From assembly GCA_977030845.1 (NCBI GenBank), contig OZ365116.1, positions 22,878,001 through 22,942,000 on the forward strand: a DNA stretch of 64,000 bases, written 5' to 3'. Position numbers and translations under genes: made by a program. Shown piece after piece: positions 45,813-58,200 of the stretch. Numbering within the stretch: position 1 is the stretch's first letter; each line of letters opens with the position of its first letter. The DNA comes from Fimbriosthenelais zetlandica. Taxonomy: Eukaryota. The notes beneath the pieces are model-generated. The model was not told where the DNA came from and did not search any database. It saw only the letters and a list, made by a program, of their open reading frames with translations.

Positions 45813-47604
45813 ATGATGAAAGCTGCTGATTTTACTCCTGGCGGTCCTGAGAACTTGTTCCTTGGTGAAGCTCCCATCCCTGATATCAAGGACCACGAGG
45901 TGCTCATCAAGGTCTATGCTACAGCTATCAACAGAGCTGATACTCTCCAGGTAATATTCTTTCTTTATATTTATTTCTTAATCTAAAATATTCTTGAATC
46001 TTTAAAGAGCCAAAACATATCAATATATTAACAATACCATAATGTGATCTCCTTCAGCGGAAAGGGTCATACCCCCCGCCGCCAGGTGAAAGTAAAATTT
46101 TAGGATTGGAAGCTGCTGGAAAAGTTGAGAAAGTTTGGTCGACTGCGTGTAAATGGGCTGTTGGTGACAGAGTGCTGGGCCTCCTACCAGGTGAGTCAAC
46201 CCTCACGCCTTTTTAATTTATATATATCAGGAGGTAGTTGCTATTTGTTAGTCATGTCTCTAATTGTTTTTTTTAGGTGGAGGTAATGCTGAATATGTAG
46301 CCGCCCATGAGGACCTCCTCATGAAGGTACCAGATGAGATGAAATTTATTGACGCTGGAGCAATCCCTGAAGTTTGGTTAACAGCTTTCCAATTGTTACA
46401 CTTTGTTGGTAAGTGAATCAACTACAATTTTATCCGAAAGTGTTGAAGTAAGACACCAAGTGTTATTTACCTATATTTCCAATTGATTTATTATTTTTTG
46501 TATTATTTGTCTCATTAGCTAAAGCCTCTCCAGGAGACGTGGTGCTGATCCATGCTGGCGGTAGTGGCGTGGGTACCGCTGCTATTCAGCTGTGTAAAAT
46601 AGCGGGACTTACTCCCATAGTGACTGCTGGTAAACAGGAGAAACTAGACATGGCTCTGTCCCTGGGTGCTCAACATGCATTCAATTATAAGGAGGGTAAA
46701 TGGGCAGACAAGGTGCTGGAAGCCACTGGAGGTACATCTTTAATTTACTCATAGTAGTTTTGGTATCGACATATAGATGTCGAAGTATGGACTTAAAGTG
46801 TTGAGTTTCATTGACAAAGGTTTTGAGTTTCTATTCAGTTATTTACTTTAAATTTAGGTAAATAAATTTTAATATTTAATTAATAGTTGATAGATATTAA
46901 TCGGGGGTTAAATTTTATATGCTAAATGACTGTTCTGCAGGTCGGGGTGTTGATGTAATACTGGATCCTGTTGGTGGTTCGTACTGGGATCAGAATACGG
47001 ACTGCCTTGCTACTGAGGGAAGATGGGTCCTGTATGGACTGTTGGGTGAGTTAAAAATATATATATATATATTTAGTAAATAATAAAATAAATATTTCAG
47101 ACAGGGATTTATAGTTTAGATTCAATATTGCATGGTTGACTTTGTCATAATATTTCTGTGAATGTTGAAGGTGGTGGAGCGGTGAATGGTAATATACTGG
47201 GGAAGATACTGGGGAAGCGAGCCTCATTGCTATCATCGACTCTGCGGACAAGATCCAAACAGGTAACAATTATTATATGTTGAAATATCGAAGAAATTAT
47301 TTGATTTTTGGTTGCCTTTAGTAAGATATACTTTATGTATTTCGATTTATATAGCTTCCTTTATAGAGACAGTCATAACATATGCTCTTTATGGTTTTTA
47401 ATTTTCCAGTATAAGGCCGAGCTTGTTGCTGCCTTTAGTGCTAAGGCCTTCCCCCATTTTACAACAGGGGAACTTAAGACCATCATTGATACGACCATGC
47501 CCCTGGCACAGATATCGCAGGCTCACGCGAGGTTAGAGTCTAACGTGAACACCGGCAAGATCGTCCTCATCGTCCGTGAAGACCAGGATAAATCTGAGCT
47601 GTAA
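45813..47604 (+). CDS. TP53I3: Quinone oxidoreductase PIG3-like, copy B, 335 aa; join(45813..45950,46058..46190,46277..46408,46519..46731,46941..47045,47171..47262,47410..47604)
   Basis: Exon lengths match copy A (138, 133, 132, 213, 105, 92, 195). Motifs INRAD, YPPPPG, LLPGGG and PEVWLTAFQLLH match human TP53I3 as recalled. Confidence 0.93.
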
Positions 47605-49233
47605 AAAGTTCACATCCCCGGTGAGCCTCTGTTCTGAAAAGTTATGTTCTTTAGTTTAAGTGTTAAGATGTTTGATCCACGGGCTGAGATTATGTTGCAA
47701 CTTCAATCCAATGGTGCGCATTGTAAGGGGATACTGACATCGCAGTTTCGTGTGTGATTGACGGGAATCTTTCCTTGCGATTGTTAGTCGCCACCTGGAC
47801 TGGCAGGGAACATCGCAGCCAGTGGATCACTTGTTACTGAGTTTTGAACTGTTACGATCCAGGGTTATCTTATGGACCTCTACCTTCATGTTGTGCTGTC
47901 ACTTTGGTAGACTAATCCTATACATTCCAAGATGATGCTTTAAAGGAAAAGTAGGATGTGTCCGTCCAGACCAGTGCTTTTAAACTTTACTGAACACTTT
48001 ACATTTCTGTTGACTGGATACCATGGATACTTTACTATATTTCTGTTGACAATTCTACGCATACTCTTCGCCTTACAATCTGTACTCGCACCAAGTACAT
48101 ACTATATAGTTACTGAAACTCAGGAAAGAACTCAGGATTTACAATTACTTCGGATTTTAACAAATTAAAAAGAACCCAACAGGCTACAGGGTCAATTTAA
48201 TCTCATGGAAAACAAACTGATGTGAACAAATAAAATATACATTAACAGTTCTTACTGTTGATATTTTATATATTTGAAATAATTGAATTGAGGTTAGTTA
48301 TGTAGTAAGTAATATTTTATTTCAAGGTATATACACACGATTCAAATACATTTCACTACAGTTAAAATATGAATCCGGAAAACAGAATTACAACAAATAT
48401 GTACAAAAAAGACTGATTAAAAAATAACTGTGGATGAAACAAAAACAATGAATGATAGATCCATTGAATAACTAGAGAATAACAGTGGAATAACCTAGGG
48501 GGTAAGACGCCCGTGTAGGTACTTTTGGTCAGTAATAACTTAATACTTGTATTTATATTACATTATGGTAAATTTAGTGGAGAAATATCGAGGGAATCAA
48601 ATTACAACTTGACGCGTACACATTTCGATTATCACAGTTCTGCTAATATCTATAACAACCAAGATAAAAAAACAAAAAGTGGAATTAGAAAATAATCAAC
48701 ACCACCGCAATATTAAAAATAATAATCTTTGAATTATTATAGCGAGGGTGTTGGTGAGTTAATAACTATAACCAAGTTCACAAATCTACCAAACTAATAA
48801 TAAAGCTCAATACGTATGATGTGGCTTTCCGAAAAAGTGCTTTTTAGGACGAAATTGTTGGTAGTTTTGATTTGGTGCAATATGGAAATGATATTAAAAA
48901 GAGACTGTACAGTAGAAGTATACATGTATATATAATATATGTGAATACTTGATAAAAGTTATACAAAGTGGTGTATATTTAGTAGTTAGTGTGTATAGAC
49001 ATAAATATGGACGTTTTGTACTGTATTAAGTAGTGACCCCCTCCTTACAAAACCTAGCACCAGTCTTACTAATTTCCCCCCGTTTATAATGCGGCCTTTC
49101 TGCATTCAGAATACCAGATCAATGTCAGCATTATCCTTCTTGGATTCCTTTAGTTATCTGCATAGATTGTGCTGGGAGACGAGATAAATGAAGAAAAATG
49201 AAAAAGGTGCCCATTGGAGGGCTGTTAAATGAT

Positions 49234-52200
49234 CTATGGTCCATTCCATGCCATCACCACTCGACTGAAGGCCACAAATACGCCTCTGTTTGGTTTACTG
49301 GAAAAGATACAGGACAATTAGTGTTTGGACTAAAAACGGTGGAAAAAAAATGTTGGAAAGATCAGAGATTAGGTAAGACATTTTGTGTCTCCCTAACTTA
49401 CCAATTAAAATAACGTATGCCATCATATACTCCGTCATGTTTCCCCACTGAAATTTAAAAAAAAGTAATTCAAACAATGGCAACTAAAAATGAAAATATT
49501 GTTCAGTCGGAAGACTGGTATTTCTGCAAGGAAACTGGAGGTAGAATTGTGATAAAGTGCTTACATTCTTGCTCTAATTCAATGCCGAGGTAAGTGTCAT
49601 TTTTGCCCGGTAGATGGCCTATGTATTTGATGGTACCCTTGCTAATCTTCCCTCCTTGCCTGGTGAACTTGACGTAATCTTCCACGTTGATCTCGCCGGC
49701 TGTCTTGGGCACGAATGGCCTGCCGATCCCAGGCCCAGGAGTTGACTCCAGCCTGTTGGCAATCAAATAGATTCTAACCTCAAATATATGTGTATCATTT
49801 AACTAATTGTAACTTTATAATAGCTGATTGCTATTTCTCAAGCTTTGAGGCCATCATCTATTTTTAATCGTAGATTTGAAATTCATTATTTTAAAATAAT
49901 TAATAGGCAGTTGAAATAACGAGTAGATATCGAAGGCAATACTGGGGACATATTTTGGTGTCAATATTTAAATTCTATTAGAATCAAAGCAGTGATTAGA
50001 CTTCATTTATTTAGCTTCTAGGTTCTTAGTCTAAAGCATAAAATGTATTAGCACTAAAGCAACACATCTAGAAAAAATAACAAATTTATCTAGATACAAA
50101 TCAGATCTATTGATAATTATATATACCTGTGCGATGTAAAAGCAGCAGCGGTGGTGTGTGTAGAACCATGAGGGTGGGGACTAACACTACGTGCTGCTAA
50201 CGAGTAGGTATTGAGGGGTGACGTAGACAGATGAGGGGAGGCGGGACAGGAGAGGACAGGGTCAGTGGACAGATGGTTGATGGTTCTACCATAGCTAGGG
50301 GTGGCTGAGACTGACCTGGGAGGGGTAGAGTAGGTGCCTAGTCCTCCACCTGTCCCTGGTAAGCCACTTTTACCATGATAGGGTGAGTGTCCACGACTGT
50401 TGGAGTTTACGTTTGGGGAGAGGGACCGAAGTCTTGGTGCTTTCCCCAGAAGTGTGGAAGATGTATTAGGGCTACCACCTGTTAAGAGAAAGGTAGCATC
50501 TATGGTCTTATTAAAAATCTTTTATCTTTTTAGATATGATACAATTTCCATTTGAAACTTTAAGTTGAGTTTATTATCATTCAAGGAAATTCACAGGGTT
50601 TGAAAGAATTTAAGAAAAGCCTGAATTTCACACTGGAAAGCTCACATTTTAATGCATAGCATTTAGTTTCAGTTTCACTTTTAGGTTTGAGTAGTGCAGA
50701 TATTCAAGTTGGTACATAGGTGAAAAGATGACATGCATTCTCTACTGACAAATTATATACACACTCCAAGCTTGCTGAAGTCCAATCATAAATAATTTCC
50801 TAAATAAATAATAAGACATATTCTATCTAGCACATTTCTACACGCTTCTTTGTCATGGAAATATCGATATTAAGGTTGCATGCATGCCTTTTTAAAAACG
50901 TAATGTACTGTCTATTGTTTCTACTTATGTGAAAGACTAATTAGTATAGGGTTCACTATGCTAATGATAATTAACTCATGGTATATTATTTGTTTTGACA
51001 GGTGGGGGAAATCATGCATTTACAATTCAAGCCGTCTACATCTTGATGAATATCATCTATTTCAAGCACAACAGGTAAGTGGTGAATTGACCCATTTTAA
51101 ATATTGATTCCAGAAATATTTTTGGACCTTTTGAAACCAAAGGTTGTGTTTGATTTGTACTCTATATATAATATTCATCAATGTTGCATCTGCTCAGGGT
51201 ATCTACATGGATATATTGAAAAGCAAATAGGTGATGTGATGGGAAGTTCTCATTCATTGTATCTAAACTAGTGTAATTACAAGAATACATAGAAAAGCAA
51301 GGACACAAAGCAATGATATAGAAGAGCAGGGTGTACACATGTATATGGAGGTTTAGCAGTACTGTGAATTAGCTTGTGATAATCTACCTCTAATGTGTGT
51401 GTTCTTGGCAGAGTAAGAGTCGCTTTCTAGGATAACATTGTCACCTGGGTGGCTAAGTTTAAGGTGCAGTTCAGCCTGGTTCAGTATGTAGTCAGTGGAG
51501 TCACTACCCACTGAGTCTCTGCGTTCAGATAACCTTGGTGTTGGAAAACCAGAATCTCCAGAATGATTGATTCTCAACGTCTTTTTGATATCAATATCTT
51601 CTGGGTCTGAGAGATCATCCAGTTCCTGTTGGAGTGTTTTCAGAGTGAGACCATTGGGTTGGAGATTGGAGAAGCTGGTCTCATTCGGGAAGAGGATATC
51701 TGGCTTTTTCATGGAAGACAGAGTTGCTGAAGTTGATCTCTCCTCGGGTGTATAGGAGGAGGAGGTGGTGGGGGAGGTTTTGGTGATGATTGGCTCTGTT
51801 AACCTTTGACCTGTGACAGAAGAAGACACTTTATACGTCTGTTTATCAGCTCCCAAGAAAAACTCATCATCGTCAATGTCATCCACGCTGGTTTGAGTTT
51901 TGTTGATGTGGAGGTCAGAGAGGCCATGTTTGTAGGGGTCAGTGGTAGAAGATGGCCTACTACCATTCACAGTGAGAGCCTTATGGCCGCCGCTTGTCAT
52001 GGGTGGTGGAAGTGGAGAAGTGTAGAACCCATTTTTGGCAGTGGAGGAAACTTCATCAATGACATCGTCTAACATGTCCTGTCTAAACAGGTTTATATCT
52101 TTAAGGCCTGAAGAGCCTGCCGAAACAAAGAAAGAAAAAGGTCCATAAGCTTCTGGTTTTTCTTGAATATCAACTTAATTTCCACTAGACTGTTTTTTCC

Positions 52201-55200
52201 GTCAGTTTTGCTATATGCGGTAAAGTAATAGGCTCACTAACCAAGCAACAAGCCTATGAGGAATTGGCTTAGTGTGCAACATGCTAAAGGTTTACTAAAG
52301 GTTTAGTGATAAAATAAAAATTTACTTAAAACATGATGATGATAAAGGCACACTCTTAAAAGAAAAATGTAAAGTTTAAGGAGTTTTCTAAGGTTATGGT
52401 TTTGTCGGGAAGTTCCTAGAGCCACTGCCAGAAAGGGTTGGAAAGTGGAGGGAATTATAAGTGCAGATAGAAGCATGTTAAATATATGGTCTGGAACCAT
52501 AACTAGTTTCTATTATTTGGGCTTTAAGCGCGTCCTCTTGGGTCCTATGTCCATTGCCGTCCATTTGTTGAGGTTGAGGCTTGAAAGCTCAAAAGCATAT
52601 ACACATTCCACCCTAGATTTACCACCACCGCCTTGCTTATTGTCATGATTATGGAACTTATCTAACTATCTAGTAACATGCACTTGATTAAGACAATCAC
52701 TTATATTATAAGGTGCAAGTATCAATTCTGGGGTACAATCATTGGTGTCACATTGTTATCATATCATCTTCAATCTCTAATCCAAAATCAGAACTAAGTT
52801 GATTCCAAGAATCCATCTTAAACTTAATACTAGAAGGATGGACTAAAAGAGAGTAATTTCTCACCTACCTTTATTATTAATGCCCTTGCCCAGCTTGTCC
52901 TCTGTATTGAGGCCATTAAGCAGGAAACTTGTCGAGTCAGATGCGTCTGACTGAGCTCTTCCATTTAACTCTCCATCTTTTCAAAATAAGACAGAATTAT
53001 CAAATCACAACGATTCACAATCTGTGTTTCACTGATCAAACTGTACTCGTACTTCTACAAGGTCTAGGTCTAAGCTATGGTGCTTGTCTAGCCACTACAA
53101 AAAGGTTAAGGCTTGAGGGATAAAAAGGTTGGATTCAGTCAGAAAATATATCTATTTCCCTCTGTTCTAGTATAGACTATTAGTGATGTGTATTTAGTGA
53201 GACTTACAGGGCTGTGTCTTGTGCGTGCTAGTGTACAATGGACTACTAAGTTCAGATTTAAATCTGGTAGTCTGAGGTACTTTTAGGTTTTCCGATAATC
53301 GATAATCTTCTGCAAAGGAAACAGGCAAAAAGTGTCTTTTTAATAGTTTGTTAAAGTTAATGTGTGTTACTTTAGTAAGAGATTAAGTGATTATAGGAGG
53401 ATGGATTAGCGGTATACTTACCACTGGTTCTGTTAGATCTACTCAGTGGGGTATGAGGTGAGGAAAGATCGAGATTTGTGTGGTGGCGGGAAGGACTGGA
53501 GCTCCTGGAATACCGGGACTCTTCTCTTCTGTTGTCTCCCTCCCTCCGATAAGATTCTACCTTTTCCATGACACCATTCTCACCTTAAAATGAAGGGACA
53601 TTTTAATATGAATAAGATTAAAACTGTAGCAAAATTCCTTTTTTTAAACTTGAAATTTCATAGCTCCTGTGAGTCCGTTTACAATTTTGCTGGCATAATT
53701 GCTGTTTTTGCACCTGAGAATATTATTTTCTTTTGATATTTGCTTGCAAAACCGTTTGAAAATAGATCAAAGCGTGTATAGACTGATTTTGGTTGAGCAG
53801 TTGGCATGCACAAGGCGTTTTCACAACAATAAACAGTGTAACCCAATATTGATAGCTATAGCTTCTTTTAATGTGGCATCGGCACATACATTAGCTTGAT
53901 TCAATATGATTCAATAGAGAATTGAGTAATGACATTAAAGCCTTCAACTCAAAATGTTAAGACCCTTTTAAGAACAATAAACGAGCAGTGGAGCACAAAA
54001 AGATTCATCAAAATTTTGCCACATATCTCGGCACATATATCAAAAGCGTGCAATGATGCTTGAGTATGAGTCTTGAATATTTGAAAAGCACATGTTAGAT
54101 GTAGGCAATAGGCACGATGTGTACGGATTGATGACGTAATGCAGACACTTAGTGACGATGGAGTGTGGTCATTTATTTGCACGTGACATTCACACATCTT
54201 TCACTAGATATAATTGACCTACCACTCCTATGCCCCCAGCGGTGAGGGGCGGAGAGCAGCCCCATCTTATATGGGGGCACCAAGGCTGATATGAGAATAT
54301 CAAAATATGTAAGTCACAATTAAGAAGATGGGAAGGTTCTTCTAAGAATCACTTGAGGAACATTATTGGTGAGGGAAATGTAGGAAAGACAACAGGTTAA
54401 TGGGAAGTTTCCATTTTAGCTGGAGGTTAAATTTGTGTTTAGACTGTACAGGTTATTAATCGTTGAATGTATCACAGCAGGTGGTAGACCAAACCAACTC
54501 AAACCCTGTCAAATATTACATACTCAGCTTGGTAAAGTTGCTTCCTTTACTCGAGCCATTAGGTGGCAGTTGTTCCAACCTCAAGGTGGCATGTCTCATA
54601 TAACTTTGAACTGTGATACAAAAACCAGAGAAACTTTATGCTTGGTTTAAATATACTGCTCTGAATGGACGACTTAATGCTGTCGTTTCCCATTTATTGA
54701 AATTTTCATTACAATATAGATGTAGCTTTGCTAGAAGAGCAGTTAAAACGATTTCCTCAGTATATTTTGTATTTATCATTATGTATAGTAGAATGAAAGT
54801 AAGAGAATGTCATGTACTCACTTGGTAGAGATTTGTAAACGCTCCTTTTGTCGTCTAAATCTCTCACATGTTCACTGAGACGAATGTTGTCTTGCGTGAG
54901 TTGATGATTCCTATCTCGCAGCAAATGTAGCTCTTCCCTCAGCTGACGTACCTCCCACCGGAAATAGTCATTGTCTCCTTCCATTGGCTCTGTTCTCAGG
55001 GATTCCAACTGAAAAAAAAAAATTCAATGTGAAAACCCAATCCAAACACCCCATTTTTAGACCCTATTTTTCATTTTCTATTGCGTCTGTGATTTCCCCA
55101 TTCACCAAGGAACCCAACCCTGGTATGCTTAATATTTTTCATGCTTAACATGTCCATATAAAGGTAGGGTGTATAGTTTACCTGTTCTTTAAGGAGGGCG

Positions 55201-58200
55201 TTCTCCTCCCTCAGGTCTCCCCCAGCCTCCTCCTGGTTATGGTGTAACATCTGATTCTCCTCCTGTAACTCTATCACCTGCTTCTCCAGGTGAGCCAGTT
55301 TACCTGAGGCGGACTCATTCACCTCCTGCTGGTCCTGTAACTGTGCCTCCAACTCTACTGTAAAAATAACAAAAAATAATCAGTCAAAACTATAATCAAC
55401 GGTTATGCAGACATTATTGAGGCGGAATACAGTAGAAATACTCTAATTAAGGAACAGCTCAAAACAGTGAACAGTTTATCACAGTCCCAGATATTCTTGA
55501 CTTGCTCATCCTAATTGGTGAACACCTATATATAGCCATAAACGTGACTATCAATGATATAATAGCAAGAAATACCCACTGTGAATAGAAGTTGATCAAT
55601 GTTCAGCTAAATATAGACATATATGAGGCAAACAGGATATTTTGCATAATGATGTGCATGGGAAGCAGCTCATTAGGTTGGTTGTACTGCTCTGTCCCCC
55701 ACAGAGAGCGATCCCTGTTTAACATGAAATGTTTACAGTTTTGTCTCAACATGACTGGCTCATTTACAGCCCATCATGGATTATTACCAACTGAGCCAGA
55801 TAATACACAACCCCATATTATCTGTCTTCAATTGAGCTCGTTGTTATAGCTGTTCTGAATAATACATATCTTTACAGAAAAATAGTAAGTAGTTAGATAC
55901 CCCTGACCTATTGAATTTATGGGCAGAAATATAGATTTGCCCAAGTCATTGATACTTTTATTTTTGTTTCAACTGACCTCTGAATAAAACTGCTTTCCTA
56001 ACCCAACTTGAGGAATCAAACCAATGAGTAAGGTAGCTGTGACTCCAGTCCTGCCATGGGCACGAGGGCTAGTCTCAAGGGGCATGAGTGAGGGAATGAG
56101 TAAGGGAGCTATGACTCCAGTCCGGTCATGGGGACGAGGGCTAGTCTAGGGGAAATATAGTATTCCCTGAACATTACAAACGAGCAGCATGTGTTAGACC
56201 CCCTATAGGGTTAATAGGCTAATACTACCAATACATCGATACATAATGGGAGGCCGATAAAGACATACACGGAACTGATCGATTGATTCCCTGGTTAATG
56301 CCCACTGATACATCATTGTACAAAACGCGCGTATCTGTATTGATTCATTACTCATCAAATACCAACCTTGCAAATAACAAAATATTTAATTATTGTTATC
56401 TATTCTTAATGGTTATGTGACGAACTAGCATTTAAGTACCAGGGTTCATAAATATACTAATTGGTAGTACAACTTTCCGATAGAAAATACTTTATTTCTA
56501 AAAATGAAAGGAATTTTGAATGGATACAATAGTTCCATGTACAGCGAATTCATGTTGACTGAATTTGTTATGTGATATTTAACTATATAATTTCATATTT
56601 AACTCTGAGTTTTAAAGTTAATATTGAACTCAGATTTGAAGGCTGAAAGCCGATTAAATTCTGTATCGACCCTGGCCCAATACCTAACTATTATATCACG
56701 ATTCCTTCCATGAGAAGTGAAAATATGAATCTATATTGGTACATGCTCTGTCTAACTTAGTTGTCCAAGTGAAAAATATCTGGCTGAATTTCAAGGTTAT
56801 ATTCGCCCAGACAAATATAATAGTCACGAATATTAGCCTCATAGCTTTTGACCATGAAATGGACCTATATAAATACATATGATATACTTTCCTCTTGGCA
56901 GATTGAGACATACCGATTTTGATTTACCATGGAATCATGAATCGGGTAAAAAAACAAGAGGCAAAAAGCAGCTAAATCCACATCACCCACAACAACTAGT
57001 ATAAAATCAGATAAAGTTATACCAGAAAGTCAACTGAAACTGATTAATCTCTATTTGCTCTTACCTATCTTTCTCTGGAGGGCCCTTGGGTTGTTAGGGT
57101 CAAAGTCCAGGGAGGCTGGACCTTGAGAGGCAGGTATGTCAGGATGAGAACCAGCCCTGGTCAAGCTGGGGGAGCGGTCACCTCGCCTATTGTCCAGCTC
57201 CCGCTGTAACCGCCACACCTCCGTCGCCAGGTTCTCCCTCTCCGCTATTAGATTGTCCAACTTTTTCTCAAACTGAAAGAATTCAAATAGGAATGACATT
57301 CAAATGGTTGTCTCAGAATCTCGGAAACGTTTCGTAAGCTAGTTGTTGAGAGATTTAGCTAATAATATAGAAATGTAGCAATGAAATTTCTATATGGACT
57401 TTTGTTTTACTTACATGGCTTTTGTCAAGGATGTCTGAGTTTTTGACCTGGTGAAGCTCAGACTGTAGTGACATAATCTGAGACTTTAGACCATCCACCT
57501 CATTCTCACGTTCCTTAAGACAGCGTTTAAGTGAACTTACAGTATCCTCCAGGTCCTGAACACGATAACCATCCTGAAAAGTTATAACAATGTTCGTTAT
57601 GAGCTTGAGTAGGTCTGATTGGCCATGATATAATTTTAAAACTTACATTCTGTTAACTTCCTTTCAATGTCTCAAACACATTGCGATTCAGTTTCATTAA
57701 GAATATAATTCATTGATCATTATTTAGGTTTCTATATACTGAAGTGGCCAACGAAGTAGCACTATACACTCTTGTGGGTAGGTTGATATGGGGAAACAGG
57801 AAGGGAAGCCACACTTAGAAACTACATGTAACAATGATTTTATGAGTTACTTACATCTTTGTTGCCTGAACCACGAGGTTGTCTGGACACAGATCTAGAT
57901 GCACTGAGTGGAGTGGTCCTGGTAGTCACCAGTGGCTGTCTGAGTGCAGGCTGTACAGTCGTTCCTTCTGATCCTGAACTTCTCTTCTCCACATCATGTG
58001 TGTCACCGTGATGATGATCAGTTTCATCTGTGTACCTCTGTCTGTTATACCTGTCCATCTCATGTGGAGTCTTGGAGTAGGATGAATTGTATGAATCATG
58101 ATTCTTCCCTCCGTTCTCTATGCCATTTTCGTGGCGGTTGGGGACGGGCGTGCTTCTGTCATCCAGACCTTTGTCAAAGTCAGCCAGTCTGTCGTTTGAT

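Larger units (their letters stand above)
41727..48785 (+). repeat. ~3.5-kb tandem segmental duplication carrying TP53I3 (unit A ~41727-45294, unit B ~45295-48785)
   Basis: The junction CCAAGTTCACAAAT|CAGCGAAGCAAACGAATG at 45281-45312 fuses the sequence that ends unit B (CCAAGTTCACAAATC, ~48772-48786) to the sequence that starts unit A (CAGCGAAGCAAACGAATG, 41726). Introns and 3' flanks align. Confidence 0.92.
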
